From Octopus sinensis (Eukaryota), in contig NC_043011.1 of assembly GCF_006345805.1 (NCBI RefSeq), positions 8,246,001-8,310,000 on the forward strand: a stretch of 64,000 bases of DNA. The letters are read 5' to 3'. Shown here in pieces: positions 25,291 through 38,647 of this stretch. The first letter of the stretch is position 1. Each line of letters begins with the position of its first letter. The notes below the pieces were generated by a model. The model saw nothing but the letters and a program-made list of their open reading frames with translations, was not told the DNA's origin and did no database searches. A program made the translations under genes and the position numbers.

Positions 25291-25655
25291 TATTAATTGA
25301 GAACGTAAGGTAGACAAAAGCGATAGAGGAAATAGGGAAATGAAAAGAAAAAAAGAAAGAAAGTAATAATAAAAGAAGGAAAAAAAGGATGTGGGGGGGT
25401 GTAGGAAATAGGCAAAGAGGCATCTGAATATTATAAATACGTGTGTGCGCGCGCGTTCGTACGGACCTCCACCCTCGCACACATACACACATATTGCCGT
25501 TGCCGATATATATACGCGCATACCTGTATATTTGTATATGTACGTATATGTATATATGTGTGTGTATATATATATGTATATATATACATATATATATATA
25601 CTGAGAGAGAGAGAGAGGAGGGAGAGAGAGAGAGGTAAAAACATACAAACATACT

Positions 25656-25702
<47 letters not shown>

Positions 25703-25704
<2 letters not shown>

Positions 25705-25870
25705 TGAAGAACAGAATGCAAAATCGAAAATGAAGATGACAAGTTCACCATCAATGTTATTAGTCTGACACTTGAGAAAAAGGAAAGAATAAATTGCTTT
25801 AACGTTTCGGACATTGGCCTTTTCTCATATAGTAGGAAAAGAGAAGGAATAAAAGCCAAGATATTTCCAA
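25703..25870 (-). mobile_element. Family E relic with a degenerate hammerhead
   Basis: Minus strand has ...GGC-CAAU-GUCC-GAAACGUU-AAAG, then TTCTCAAGTGTCAGACTAATA similar to the other E copies. The CUGANGA half is unrecognisable. Confidence 0.45.
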
Positions 25871-26337
25871 AAAGAAAGGGAAGGAAGAAGAAAGGAGGGA
25901 AAAATTATTTCAGTCTCTCTCTCTATCCTCTGTGTGTGTTGCTTTTGCTGATGTTTAACCCCAGATTAGCACTGGCTGAGATGAGCTATTAACCAGGACC
26001 ATACTCACATATAATGACCATACTGACATATCATCCTGCAGTATAATCCAGGATGATACTCTCTCTCCAATGACTTCCTGCTCTTTTGAAGATGGCAGGA
26101 TTCGGTCCCGTTTTTTTCTTTAGCTAATCAAATAACCAGGTAAAAATCCCTCGTTGATTTGTGCTTATAGTGTGTCTCCCTCAAATACATTTCCGAAATA
26201 GTATCGTTGTCAAATGCTGCTTTAATCACTCGTATTATTCAAATTTCCTTCAGCAAACTAACACACCAACCAACCAACCAACCAACCAACGACTGTTTCG
26301 TTTTATGCATTTCATCATTGCGTATTTTCCATCAATT

Positions 26338-26568
26338 TGAGAAATACCTATTTCTTTATTACCACACAGAGGGGACAAACAAGGACAGACATAGGTATTA
26401 AGTCGATTACATCGACCCCAGTGCGTAACTGGTACTTAATTTATCGACCCCGAAAGGATGAAAGGCAAAGTCGACCTCGGCGGAATTTGAACTCAGAACG
26501 TAGCGGTAGACGAAATACCGCTAAGCATTTCGCCCGGCGTGCTAACGTTTCTGCCAGCTCGCCGCCTT
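26338..26568 (-). mobile_element. SINE family A, full length
   Basis: Clean reverse complement of head and body, ending at the GAAATAGGTATTTC junction. Confidence 0.9.
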
Positions 26569-26622
26569 ATTTGAGAAATACCGTGAACCTTATGCTTGGC
26601 TGTTGGGATGACATTTGGAGCG

Positions 26623-26704
<82 letters not shown>

Positions 26705-27021
26705 TGCGATAGGACTTACAAATTGCTAGTTTAGTATCCTGTTGGGAATTTTGCCAACAAGGGTGGGTTCCACGACTAAACGACGAGATGGAGAAGTTTT
26801 TGAGAAAAGCCCGACGTTTATTTTTATTTTGTTTTTTATCTTTTCCATTGTTTGTTGCAAACATTTGCACCAACTTTGTCCTGTTGGCATCTCCAAAACG
26901 TGTGGGTCGTTCTATACAAGGTTTTACCACTGAAAACCAATCAAGAATGTAGGAAACCTAAAAGCTTCCTGTTGAACCTACCTTCCTACAACGGAATCGA
27001 CAGAAGCATCCATTCTCTCTA

Positions 27022-27428
27022 AGGCGTCGAGCTGGCAGACTCGTTAGCACGCCGGGCGAAATGCTTAGCGGTATTTCGTCTGCCGTTACGTTCTGAGTTC
27101 AAATTCCGCCGAGGTCGACTTTGCCTTTCATCCTTTAGGGGTCGATTAAATAAGTACCAGTTATGCACTGGAGTCGATATAATCGACTTAATCCGTTTGT
27201 CTGTCCTTGTTTGTCCTCTCTGTGTTTAGCCCCTTGTGGGTAGTAAAGAAGCGTCTACCGTTACGTTCTCAGTTCAAATTCTGCCGAGGTCGACATTGCC
27301 TTTCATCATTTCGTGGTCGATATATTAAGTACCAGTTGCGCACTGGGGTCGATGTAATCGGCTTAGTCCCTTTATCTGTCCTTGTTTGCCCCCTGTATGT
27401 TTAGCCCCTTGTTGGCAATAAAGAAATA
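27022..27428 (+). mobile_element. SINE family A with head and two body units
   Basis: GGCGTCGAGCTGGCAGACTCGTTAGC head. The body repeats at about 27070 and 27250. Confidence 0.88.
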
Positions 27429-27569
27429 TGAGGCATCCATTCTCTTTCTTTCTCTCTCCGTCACTTTCTTTCACCCCTCTCTCTTTCCCTCCAGATATAT
27501 ACATTCAGACATACGGTGTGTGTGTGGGGGAGTACTGAATAGTCCATGGCTTTAAGTGTGTCGCGAAAG

Positions 27570-27743
27570 GCTTGGCTGGAGGTTCAACCTTCCGAGTCCT
27601 TATTACAGGGCTTAAAAAACTGAAGGACCACTGCAATGTGTCTGAATCTGTGAGCAGAATATGTTAAATAAAATCATAATTAACTGATTCTCCTGTATTT
27701 TCTTTTGCCTAATGCTAGGAACTTTTCAGCGCACACACCCTCG
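27570..27743 (+). mobile_element. Mariner 3' fragment with right TIR
   Basis: Frameshifted GLKKLKDHC..CLNL*AEYVK* resembles the mariner C-terminus GIxKLxxRWxKCIxxxGxYVEK. Ends AACTTTTCAGC..CCCTCG-TA. Confidence 0.6.
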
Positions 27744-28087
27744 TACAGACAGACTGAGTTTTAGTAATACTTTAGCAGGAAATCCTGGAAGATAAGGGGC
27801 ACGAAAAGGATACAAAAGTAACGTTATAGAGAATGGTTTCTTATTTTCATTTCCTAATTCCTAATTATTGTTGCATGAAATAGTATGAGAAATCGCAGAA
27901 ATAGTAAAGGAAAACAAATTGCCCCTTACCATTCCCAAGAAATATGGAATTTCGAGGATCAGGAATTAAAATTATTTTGCATACATACATACATATGTGT
28001 GTGCGTGTGTGTATGCGCGCGTGTTTTTGTGTATGGGTTATATCTGAGTATACGTACACATACAACACACACACACACACACACACA

Positions 28088-28135
<48 letters not shown>

Positions 28136-28895
28136 TTTTAGTCGGAACTGAAGGGCAACGCCCCATTACCTATTAAAGGCCATCCGATCAAGATGGGAAG
28201 TAGGGACCTTCCAACGGGAAATGTGGCAGTAATGATTGCAATGGAGTGGACTCTGCAAGTAAAAACCCAGAGTACATTCTATTTGTATCAAACCAAGTGT
28301 TGGCGGGAATAGAACCCATAGCGCAAAGAACCAGAGCTGATAATTGCATGTGATTCGGTCCGGCGGTGCTTACAGTCCCACCGAACCACCGTCAAGGAGT
28401 TTTGGATTTTTGTCGTTCCAGAGAGAATGAAAGCGAAGTTGTCCTCAGTAGAAATCGAACACATAGCGCAGGTAGTCAGAAAAAATTACGCCACGTATTC
28501 TCTCCTGACGCCTCGGCCATTTCGCTTGGGTGTGTTCAGGGTGGGCGTTTATGTTTCCTCATCCGGCTGTTGTTTACGTTCTATTTATTATTCTATATTC
28601 CGTAAGTTAGACAAATAGAAATGGCCAATTGCATCATCCTCAAAATAAGCATTCGTCGGTATGCGATCATTGACTGGCACCCCTGAAGGCAGTGTTCCGA
28701 CACACACAAGCCAGGGCTCACTTAAAGTCCTATTATTCAAATCAAAATTAAAGTAGCTGTGTGGTTAAGAAGTTCGCTTAGCAACCACGAGGCTTCGGGT
28801 TCAATCCGACTACGCAAGTGCCTAAGGTGTCTTCTACTACATAGTAAAAATAGAATTCAAAATATGAGTATATGTATTTTTTTTTTATTAATATT

Positions 28896-28998
28896 TAGCA
28901 GAAGTAACACAGTGACTCAAGGGCCGAGCGTTTCGTGCGTTTGATGAGTGCCAACGCACGAAACCCTTGGACCTTGAGTCACTCGGTCACTTCTGCTA
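28896..28998. repeat. About 100-nt imperfect hairpin containing a hammerhead-core-like motif
   Basis: Paired blocks TAGCAGAAGT/ACTTCTGCTA, AGTGACTCAAGG/CCTTGAGTCACT and GTTTCGTGCGTT/AACGCACGAAAC around the loop TGATGAGTGCC. Confidence 0.85.
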
Positions 28999-29016
28999 TA
29001 TATACATGTGTGTATG

Positions 29017-29048
<32 letters not shown>

Positions 29049-29056
29049 TGTACTCT

Positions 29057-29430
29057 GGCGTGGCCGTGTAGTAAGAAGCATGCTTCCCACCAACATGGTT
29101 CCGGGTTCGGTCCCACAGCGTAGCAACTTCTGCAAGTGTCGTCTGCTATAGCCACGGGTCGACCAAAGCTTTCAGAGTAGGTTTGATAGACGGAAACTGA
29201 AAGAAGCCTGTCGTGTATGTGTGTGTCTTTGGGCCTGTGTTTGTCCGCCACCACCACTTGACAACCGGTGCTGGTGTCTTTACGTCTCCGTAACTGAGCA
29301 GTCCAGCAAACGAAACCGATAGATTAAGGTATAGGTTTGACAAAATAAGCCCTGGGGGGTCGATTTGTTCGATTAAAACCTGACAAGGCGGTGCTGCAGC
29401 ATGGCCGCAGTCCGATGACTGAAGTAAGAA
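29057..29430 (+). mobile_element. SINE family B
   Basis: Head, CORE-like segment and 3' GGTGCTGCAGCATGGCCGCAGTC end. Confidence 0.8.
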
Positions 29431-30046
29431 ATATCACACACACACATATACATATATATATATACATACATACCTTCACATACGTGTATAGACGTGTAGG
29501 TGTATATATTTCTATTGCATTGTACTCCACCCTCAACTGACCCCTACTTAGCCCCCTCCCCCCAATTACGTACACCTTTTCCCATCAACGTCCCACAACA
29601 GCGCCGACGAAAATTCCCTCGTAAACAGTCCTGACTTACTCCCACCACAACCGTAAATATTATTTTTATTATTATTATTATTATTATTTCGCTCTCTCTC
29701 TTTTCTCTCCTTTCTTTCTTTTCTCTCTCCAGTCTTTCTTTCCTCTCCCAACTCCGCCCTAACAACTTCCTGCTCTCCCCCTTCCTCTCCGCCAACACCC
29801 CCACACCCCTCATTCTCTTTATTCTTTCCTTCTTTTTTCTCTCTCCTCTTCTCCTTCACCTACCACCCTTCTTCTCTCCATCCTACCCCGACTGGTTGCT
29901 AAACGCCACCTCTCACCTCCTCTCACCGCATAATATACCTCCAACCCCAACGACAGCTTTTTAAATGCTTTCATTGACAAGCTCTCAGCACTCTCGTGTG
30001 GAATATACATATATACACACACATATATATACTCTGCGACATATAC

Positions 30047-30089
<43 letters not shown>

Positions 30090-30107
<18 letters not shown>

Positions 30108-30252
30108 TATATGTACATGCATACATATATTTATATGCGTGTATATGTATGTGTATTTATTTTTAAATCGACGTTCGGAATGTAGCTAGCATATTTATAC
30201 ACACACGCATACCACAGACACACACACACACACATATATATATATATTATAT

Positions 30253-30293
<41 letters not shown>

Positions 30294-30404
30294 TATATGT
30301 ACATGCATACATATATTTATATGCGTGTATATGTATGTGTATTTATTTTTAAATCGACGTTCGGAATGTAGCTAGCATATTTATACACACACGCATACAC
30401 ACAG

Positions 30405-30440
<36 letters not shown>
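30090..30440. repeat. Local tandem duplication of about 186 bp, bounded by (TA)n
   Basis: ATGTACATATATGTACATGCATAC...AAATCGACGTTCGGAATGTAGCTAGC occurs at about 30101 and 30287. Confidence 0.9.
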
Positions 30441-30443
<3 letters not shown>

Positions 30444-31545
30444 CATACATAAATATGTATATATACCCATTCTTTTTCACTATTTAAACTTTATTTTAAA
30501 TATATATATACACACACACACATATACATATATATATATATATACATACATATATATATATATGTGTGTATATATGTATATATGTATATATATATTTATT
30601 TATATCTATATTATTTATCAAAATATTTAAGTTGTTCTTTTTAAACTATTTTCACATATATATATATATATATATGTACATATTTATTTGAAAACGAAGT
30701 GTAACAATAAAGAAAAAAAGAGCAAAAACAAAAACAAAAACATACATATATAAAGTACATTGAAAAAAGCAACAACGACAACAAGACCAACAACAACACT
30801 AAATGGAATATACGAATGAGATATACGCGGAAAAACCAGCAACACATTTTCGAGAGGTATGGACACTGTTACCACCACGACGAGATGGTCCTGTGGTTTA
30901 GGAGGTATTTAAGTGATGAAAAATAATCCATGTATATATGTATGTAAGTATATATATATATATATATAGATAGATAGATATGTATATAGATATATGTGTG
31001 TGTTTATACGGGTGTATGTGCAGCACTTTGAGAGCAGGAGTGTGTGTATGTGTGTAAGTGTGCAAATATATACGTGAACCTTTATAAATGCGTAACTGTC
31101 GATCAGTGTGTCTGTCTCTTTATTTATCGATATATTTACACACACGTACACACACGCACGAGATTCTGTTACTAGTTTGAAGCCAGAGGCTGCGGCCATG
31201 CTGGTGCAGTGCCTTATACCTGTTTGTATGCTTTTTTTTTGCGTGTGTAGATATGTCCACATACATATCCACCCGTATTACTTTTTCATCGGCCTTTTTT
31301 CGTCTTATCTTCATTGAGTTCTCCGTGTAAGTTACATACTCGCACACGCACACACACACACACACACACAAACGTATGCCAACACGCATTCACACAAACA
31401 CAAACACACATACAAATATATATATATATATACACTCACACACGTGTATGCTTGTCCATAATGGGTGTGTGTATATATATATAACATATTTAGTGGATGT
31501 ATTATACTCATTATGCTCTGTCTTTACCTCTGTGTGTGTATGGAG

Positions 31546-31593
<48 letters not shown>

Positions 31594-31751
31594 GAATTTG
31601 TTTTCTATTGTCCGTCGTGTGAGAGTAGAGATTTCTATTTCTCTCTATTACGGAAACACTCGCTGTCGATTTTATTTACCTGTCGTATCTCCCTCTCTTT
31701 CTTTGTCTCTCTTTCCTTCCCTTTCTCTTTATCACTATATACATGCTTACA

Positions 31752-31804
<53 letters not shown>

Positions 31805-32691
31805 CTCTCTCTCTCTATCTATCTATCTCTCTATCTATCTATCTATTTATGCATCTATCTATCTATCGATCAATCTATCTATCTATCTATTTATGTATCT
31901 AACTATCTATCTATCGATCGATCAATCTACTTATCTGTCTGTCTGCCCCCTCTCACTCTTTCTCTCTCTATGTATATATATGAATATGCTGTCTATTTAT
32001 ATTTAGCTTTCGCTCTTTCCTTTTGTATCTCTCTCCCTCACCCTCTCTCTCTATATATATAAATATCAATCTATCTATATGTATAATTTATGAATGTACG
32101 GGTGTACGTATGTATGCATCTGTTTATCTAGATATGTATATCTATAAATATATGTAAGCCAGCTAGCTAGCTAGCCAGGTAGCCAACTACCCTCTTAGCT
32201 GGTCACATATAAACCTGGCTAGCTTCGTCACACCCACCCCTTTCTCTCAACGCTTGTTTCAACCCCCGATACCCGATTGTTGCTCCAAAGATAAATATCT
32301 TTGCTACTGTACCCGGTGTATTTTATTAGGCCTATAGTAACTACTTCCTTATATATTTACTGCCTTGCGCGCTCACACGCACACACACGCGCTCGTTAAC
32401 ATATGTGCGTGTGCGCGGCTATACAAACACCCGCAAAACCCAAAAGCACATACGTACGCACCCGTATACAAATATCGATGAATGCCAGGAATGTATGCAT
32501 GCACACACGCACTCACACACACACAAAGACGCTCGTTTATATATTCATGTATGCATAACTACCTGTCCGTATACATGACATATGATATATATATATATAC
32601 ACCGGAGTAAACATAAATGTGAAAGAAGGTGGAAAAAGTACTCAAATACCAGAGGTAGAGTATATGCTTTATTTAAATGAGGTATATACAT

Positions 32692-32723
<32 letters not shown>

Positions 32724-32788
32724 TATATATATTATATAATTATATATATATTATAATATAATATATATATATATATATTATATATATA

Positions 32789-32828
<40 letters not shown>

Positions 32829-32829
<1 letters not shown>

Positions 32830-33019
32830 GGCGCAGGCGTGGTTGTGTGGTCAGAAGGTTGTTTCCGTACCACATGGTTCCGGGTTCCATCCCACTGCGT
32901 CGGACCACCTTGGGCAAGTATCATCTACTATAGCCTTGGCTCGATCAAAGCCTTGTGAGTCGATTAGTAGACGGAAACTGAAGGAAGCCCGTTGTGTATA
33001 CATACATACATATATATAT

Positions 33020-33059
<40 letters not shown>

Positions 33060-33243
33060 ATGTACTACGTATGTATAGGCGCAGGCGTGGCTGTGTGATA
33101 AGAAGCTTATTTCCCAACCTCATGGTGCCTGGTTCAGTCCCACTACGTAGCTTCTTGCAAGTGTCTTCTACGATAGCCTCGGGCCTTCTAAGTACATTTA
33201 GTAGACGGAAACTGAAAGGAGCCCGTCATATATATATATATAT

Positions 33244-33294
<51 letters not shown>

Positions 33295-33548
33295 TATTAT
33301 GTATGTATACACACACACGCACATATATATGCCTAAGTTTGTGTGTGTGTCTTTGTCCCCCCCCAACTACCTCTTAACAACCGGTGCTGTAACTTAGCGG
33401 CTCGGCATAGAGACTGCTAAAATCATTACCAGGCCTTAGAAAAAATAATTACTGGTGTCGATTCGTCTAATTACAGTAACAACAAAGATGTGCAAAACAC
33501 ATACGCACACACACACACACACGCATATATATTATATATATATATATA

Positions 33549-33586
<38 letters not shown>

Positions 33587-34238
33587 CACCACACACACAC
33601 ACACGCACACGCAGACAACAGGACAATGTAATTGCGTTGCAGCGTCGATTAACCTCGTCTTTACCTCCCGTGCAATACCTTTCACCCTGTTGTTTACCAC
33701 ATGGTTCCGGGTTCAGTCCCACTGCATGCCACCTTGCGCAAGTGTCTTCTACTATAGCCTCGGGCCAACCAAAGTCTTGTGAGTGCATTTGGTAGACGGA
33801 AACCGAAAGAAGCCTGTCGTTTGTATACGTATACATATATATTCTTTTATTCTTTTATTTGTTTCAGTCATTTGACAGCGGTCATGCTGGAGCACCGCCT
33901 TTAGTCGAGCAAATCATCCCCAGGACTTGTTCTTTGTAAGCCTAGTACTTATTATATCGGTCTTTTACCAAACCGCTAAGTTACGGGGATGTAAATACAC
34001 CAGCATCTGTTGTCCAGTGATGTTGGGGGGGGGGGGCAAACACACACATATACACACACATACATATATACATATATACGACGGGCTTCTTTCAGTTTCC
34101 GTCTACCAAGTTCACTCACACGGCTTTTGTCGGCCCGAGGCTATAGTAGAAGACACTTGCCCAAGGTGCACGCACGCAGTGGACAGAACCCGGAACCATT
34201 TGGTTGGTAAGCAAGCTACTTACCACACAGCCACTCCT

Positions 34239-34310
<72 letters not shown>

Positions 34311-34536
34311 TGTGTGGGTATATGTTTGTGTGTCTGTGTTTGTTCTCCCACCATCGCTTGACAACCAACGTCGTTGTGTTTACGGTCCCGTAAGTTAGCT
34401 GTTCGGCAAAAGAGACTGATAAAATGAATACTAGACTTACAAAAAAATAAGTCCTGGGGAGGGGGATCGATTTGCTCGACGAATGGTGGTGCTCCAGCAT
34501 GGCCGCAGTCAAATGACTGAAATGAAAGAAAAGAAT
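32829..34536. mobile_element. Cluster of nested SINE family B copies in (TA)n
   Basis: Plus copies at 32829-33000, 33077-33475, 33690-33830 and 34320-34536. A full-length minus copy at 33843-34240 lies between the two halves of the last plus element. Confidence 0.85.
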
Positions 34537-34948
34537 GAGACTACTTTATGTACCGCACACACGCATCAACACACATATGTGTGTGTGTGTGTATGTGCGT
34601 GCGTACGTGTGTGCGTACGTGTGTGTGTGTGTATGAGTACGTTATTCAGGCTTGTGTGTGATTATACTCTTCCTTATATCCGTCTGTCTGTCTAATCGAT
34701 CTGCGGTCATGCTGGGGCACCGACTTAGAATTTGTCATCCAGCAACTCGTAAATTTCTTTTTTTATTTTATTTAACACTTTTATCATTTCCTATTGTTGA
34801 ACTGCTACGAGAATGTAAATTGTTGCGGGGACGTAAATAAACCGACACCGTATATCAGTCGGTGCGATGTGGGGGGGTGAGAAACGCAAAGACACAGTGA
34901 AGCACGCACTCAGAAATGCACGTGTGTAGTATGCTGTGTTTGCATGCA

Positions 34949-34990
<42 letters not shown>

Positions 34991-36044
34991 GTGTGTGTGT
35001 GTGTGTGTGTGTATGTGCGTGCGTACGTGTGTGCGTACGTGTGTGCGTACGTGTGTGTGTGTGTGCGTATGTGTGTGTTGTATGTGTATGTGTTTGCGTT
35101 CGTGTGTGCACGAGTGCTTGAGTTTGTTTTGTGGGTGTTATCACGCCGCTTGGCAACCGGTGTTTGTTTGTTTACGTCTCGTAATTTAGCGGCTCTGCAA
35201 TATAGATTGACCGAATAAAAAGTAACAGAATGAGAGAATAAAGTCTAAATAAAGGAATATAGGCAATGTTTCGGTATAAGTACATGACGTCAGTCATGAG
35301 TGAGTCTGTGTGTATGTTATGTGTGTGAGCGTGTGTGAGTGTGTGTATGATATGTGTGTGATATGTATGATGTGTGTGATATGTTTGTGATATGTGTGTG
35401 AGAGTATATTTGACTGTCCAGCCCTGTCGAGCAGATGAAACGCAATGTCACTCATTCATGACGTCATAGATTATTACCGAAAGATTGCTAGAATATATTA
35501 AACGGGGCTCCTTTGACATTCTCTTGGAGATATCTTCCCGCAGTTTCGGTTTACAGTAAATGTTGTATTGTATACCGGATAGCCTATGGTTAATTGCATA
35601 ACATATGTAAATCAGGCGCGTTATCGCCGAGGAGTTAAGAAGTCTGCTTCGTAATTGGGAAGTCCTGAGTTCTGTCCCAATTCGTAGCATCTTCAGGAAA
35701 TGTTATTCTTCATAGCGTCGAGTGAACATATAAATTGTGACTGAAATTTTGTAAACGGAATCTCTATAGAAGTCCGTCACGTGTATTTACTTGTAATTCA
35801 AAAAGATACAGCCATCTCGTGAATTAACCAATAATTCTAAAAGATACTGCTTTGTCGTAATTGTTACCATGTTTCTGTGGAATTGCATTGCCCTGATTTC
35901 AGTTATTTACCAAAAGAATGCAGAAATTAGTAAAATAACTTAGTTCTTTTCAAGGTAGTTTTTGGAAGATTACACAAAATTTTGATGGAAGGTTTTAAGC
36001 TTAGATCACATTAACTCTTTTGTTACCATATTTCTACTGAAATC

Positions 36045-36391
36045 GTGGCACTTCGTCGGTTGCGACGACGGGGTTTCAGTTGATCCGATCAACGGAACAG
36101 CCTGCTCGTGAAATTAACGTGCAAGTAGCTGAGCACGCCACAGACACGTGTACACTTAACGTGGTTCACGGGGGGAGAGTCAGCGTGACACAGAGTGTGA
36201 CAAGGCTGGAAACAGGAAGAAAGAGTGAGAAAAAGTTGTGGTGAAAGAGTACAGCACGGTTCACCCGCCGGAGCCTCGTGAGGCTGCAGGTGTTTTTCGT
36301 TCAATAAACACTCACAACGCCCGTTCTGGGAATCGAAACCGCGATGCTACGACCGTGAGTTCGCTGCCCTAACCACCGGCCATTGCGCCTC
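36045..36391 (-). mobile_element. SINE family C
   Basis: Reverse complement of the family-C consensus with an internal deletion. Confidence 0.85.
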
Positions 36392-36776
36392 TACTCTGTT
36401 GAAATACACTATCTTTATTTCAGAAAGATTTCCCCTTAGGTACGCGCATGATGGGGGGGAGGGGGCACTTGGACTATCATAGTAAACATTCTTTTGTATT
36501 TTCGTTTCTTGTCATCCCGAAGTAATTAAACAAACACATTACTACTTAACTAATACAATAGTCCACCGTAACCCCCCCCCCATCCACTGCAACATACCAT
36601 CCAGTCCGCTACCACCAATATCACACTACTATTACCTGCTTCCAAAAGCAGCAGCGTCCCTTGTTTCTCTTACGTGGGAGATGACGAGGAGAGTTGTTTC
36701 TGAGTTATCCCCCTTGCCATTTGCTTGGTTTAATACGCCATCGTCCACTAATGTTTCTCTGTATTCGGTACAGATA

Positions 36777-37179
36777 TCTTTATATATAAAAGTAAGGTTG
36801 TGTGCTGTCTGTCTCCTACGATTTAGATTCCTAACTACTCCCACATTTTGCGGTGCAGTTTAACCAAAACCGGGTATCTTATAGTCGTGATTCATATCGA
36901 ACCCTTCTGGGTATTAGCGCGCGTCTACGATGAGACTACGATTTAAAAAAAAAATTACCATAATTTTTTTCCATTTTAATGCATTTTTTCGCTATTATAT
37001 AAGGGAAGTAACTCTCTAAAAATGTCTACGATGAGTCAACGATTTAAAAAAAAATTTACCATCATGTTTTTTTTCCATTTCTAATGCATTTTTTTGCTAT
37101 TTTTTGGCTATAACTCTCTAAAAATGCCTATATAGTTATTTCCCTTACAAACCCGAGCAACGCCGGGCGATACTGCTAG
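36777..37179 (+). mobile_element. Non-autonomous Helitron, copy 2
   Basis: A^TC start, CCCGAGCAACGCCGGG hairpin, CTAG^T end. Homologous to 16959-17357, but with an internal duplication replacing a central segment. Confidence 0.88.
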
Positions 37180-38129
37180 TTACTTGTAATAATTAACTTA
37201 TGGTCGTCCTTCTCACAATTTAACACAAACTTCATATTTGTAATGTTAGGGCTCTCAGTCCATGAAGGAGCAACTGTCTTGGCTGCATATACCTCATCAG
37301 TTCAGAAGATAATGAGCGAAAACGTAATTCCTAAGCCAACTGTTCGCTACAAAATCAATGCACATACTCTCTCTCTCTCTCTCTTTATGTATTTCATATG
37401 TTCTGTTTAAACTGAAAGATCGCACAGTTCCGATGCAGGGGAGGAAGGAATTGGCATACCTTTATATAAAATCATGTCAATGCTTCCTGACTAACATAAC
37501 ATAATATTCTTGACGGTTTGAGTAAACACTGTTTTAAAACTAATTTGACATAAAGCAATTGAATTTAAACATATCGCGATCAATTAATAATACATTTGTT
37601 GGCAGTTATCTTAATGAAACAGCTGTTGAGCACAATCAAGTTATGAACTCTATGTGAAACTTTTGGTAATCTGCTTTTATGCCAAATATGTTGGTCATTA
37701 AGATCGTTGTGGCCGATTACGTCAATACACGCAAGTCCATACTGCCTGGTATTTACTGCGATGTAATAACTTGTCTGAGGTTAATGACTTGTTAACAATT
37801 AAGGTGTTAATTAGTGTAGATTTATTCTTTGAAGTTTATACTTTAGTTCTCTCCCCCACTGCACATATTTCTTTGGACTTTTACTTGTTTTAGTCATATA
37901 ACTGCGGCCATGCTGGAGCACCACCTTGAAGAATTTTACTCAAACGAATCAACCCCAGCACACATTACCTTTTTTAACGCCTGATACTTATTTTATCGGT
38001 TTATTTTGCCGAACCGCTAGGTTACGATCAAAAAGTGGCTACCAAGCCGCTAGAGAGGAACGAACTCTCAAATTCTGACTGAGTGTTCGGTAATATTAAG
38101 CATAACGACCTCTCTATCCTTTTCACTCT

Positions 38130-38169
<40 letters not shown>

Positions 38170-38350
38170 GCACCCACATGTGTATGTGTGTGCGGTAAGA
38201 AGCTTGCTTACCAACCACATGGTACTGGGTTCAGTCCTGCTGCGTGGAACTTTGGGCAAGTGTATTCTGCTATAGCCTCGAGCCGACCAAAGCCTTGTAA
38301 GTGGATTTGGTAGAAGGAAACTGAGAGATGCCCCGTCGTGTATATATATA

Positions 38351-38391
<41 letters not shown>

Positions 38392-38647
38392 ACTAGCCAC
38401 TACACATTCTAGCTGCGAGAATGTTTAGCGACATTTCAGCTGTCTTTATATTTTGAGTTCAAATTTGTGTTCGATTTTGCCTTCCATTATTTCGATAATA
38501 TAAGGGGTCGATAAAATAAGGACCGGTTCGACACCTCCGAAATTTGTGGCTTTGTGCCAGAATGTGTAACTATTATATTAGGTGTGTGTGTGTGTGGGGG
38601 GGGGGTTTGAGAGAGAAGGAGAGAGAGAATAGCTGGATACATACATA

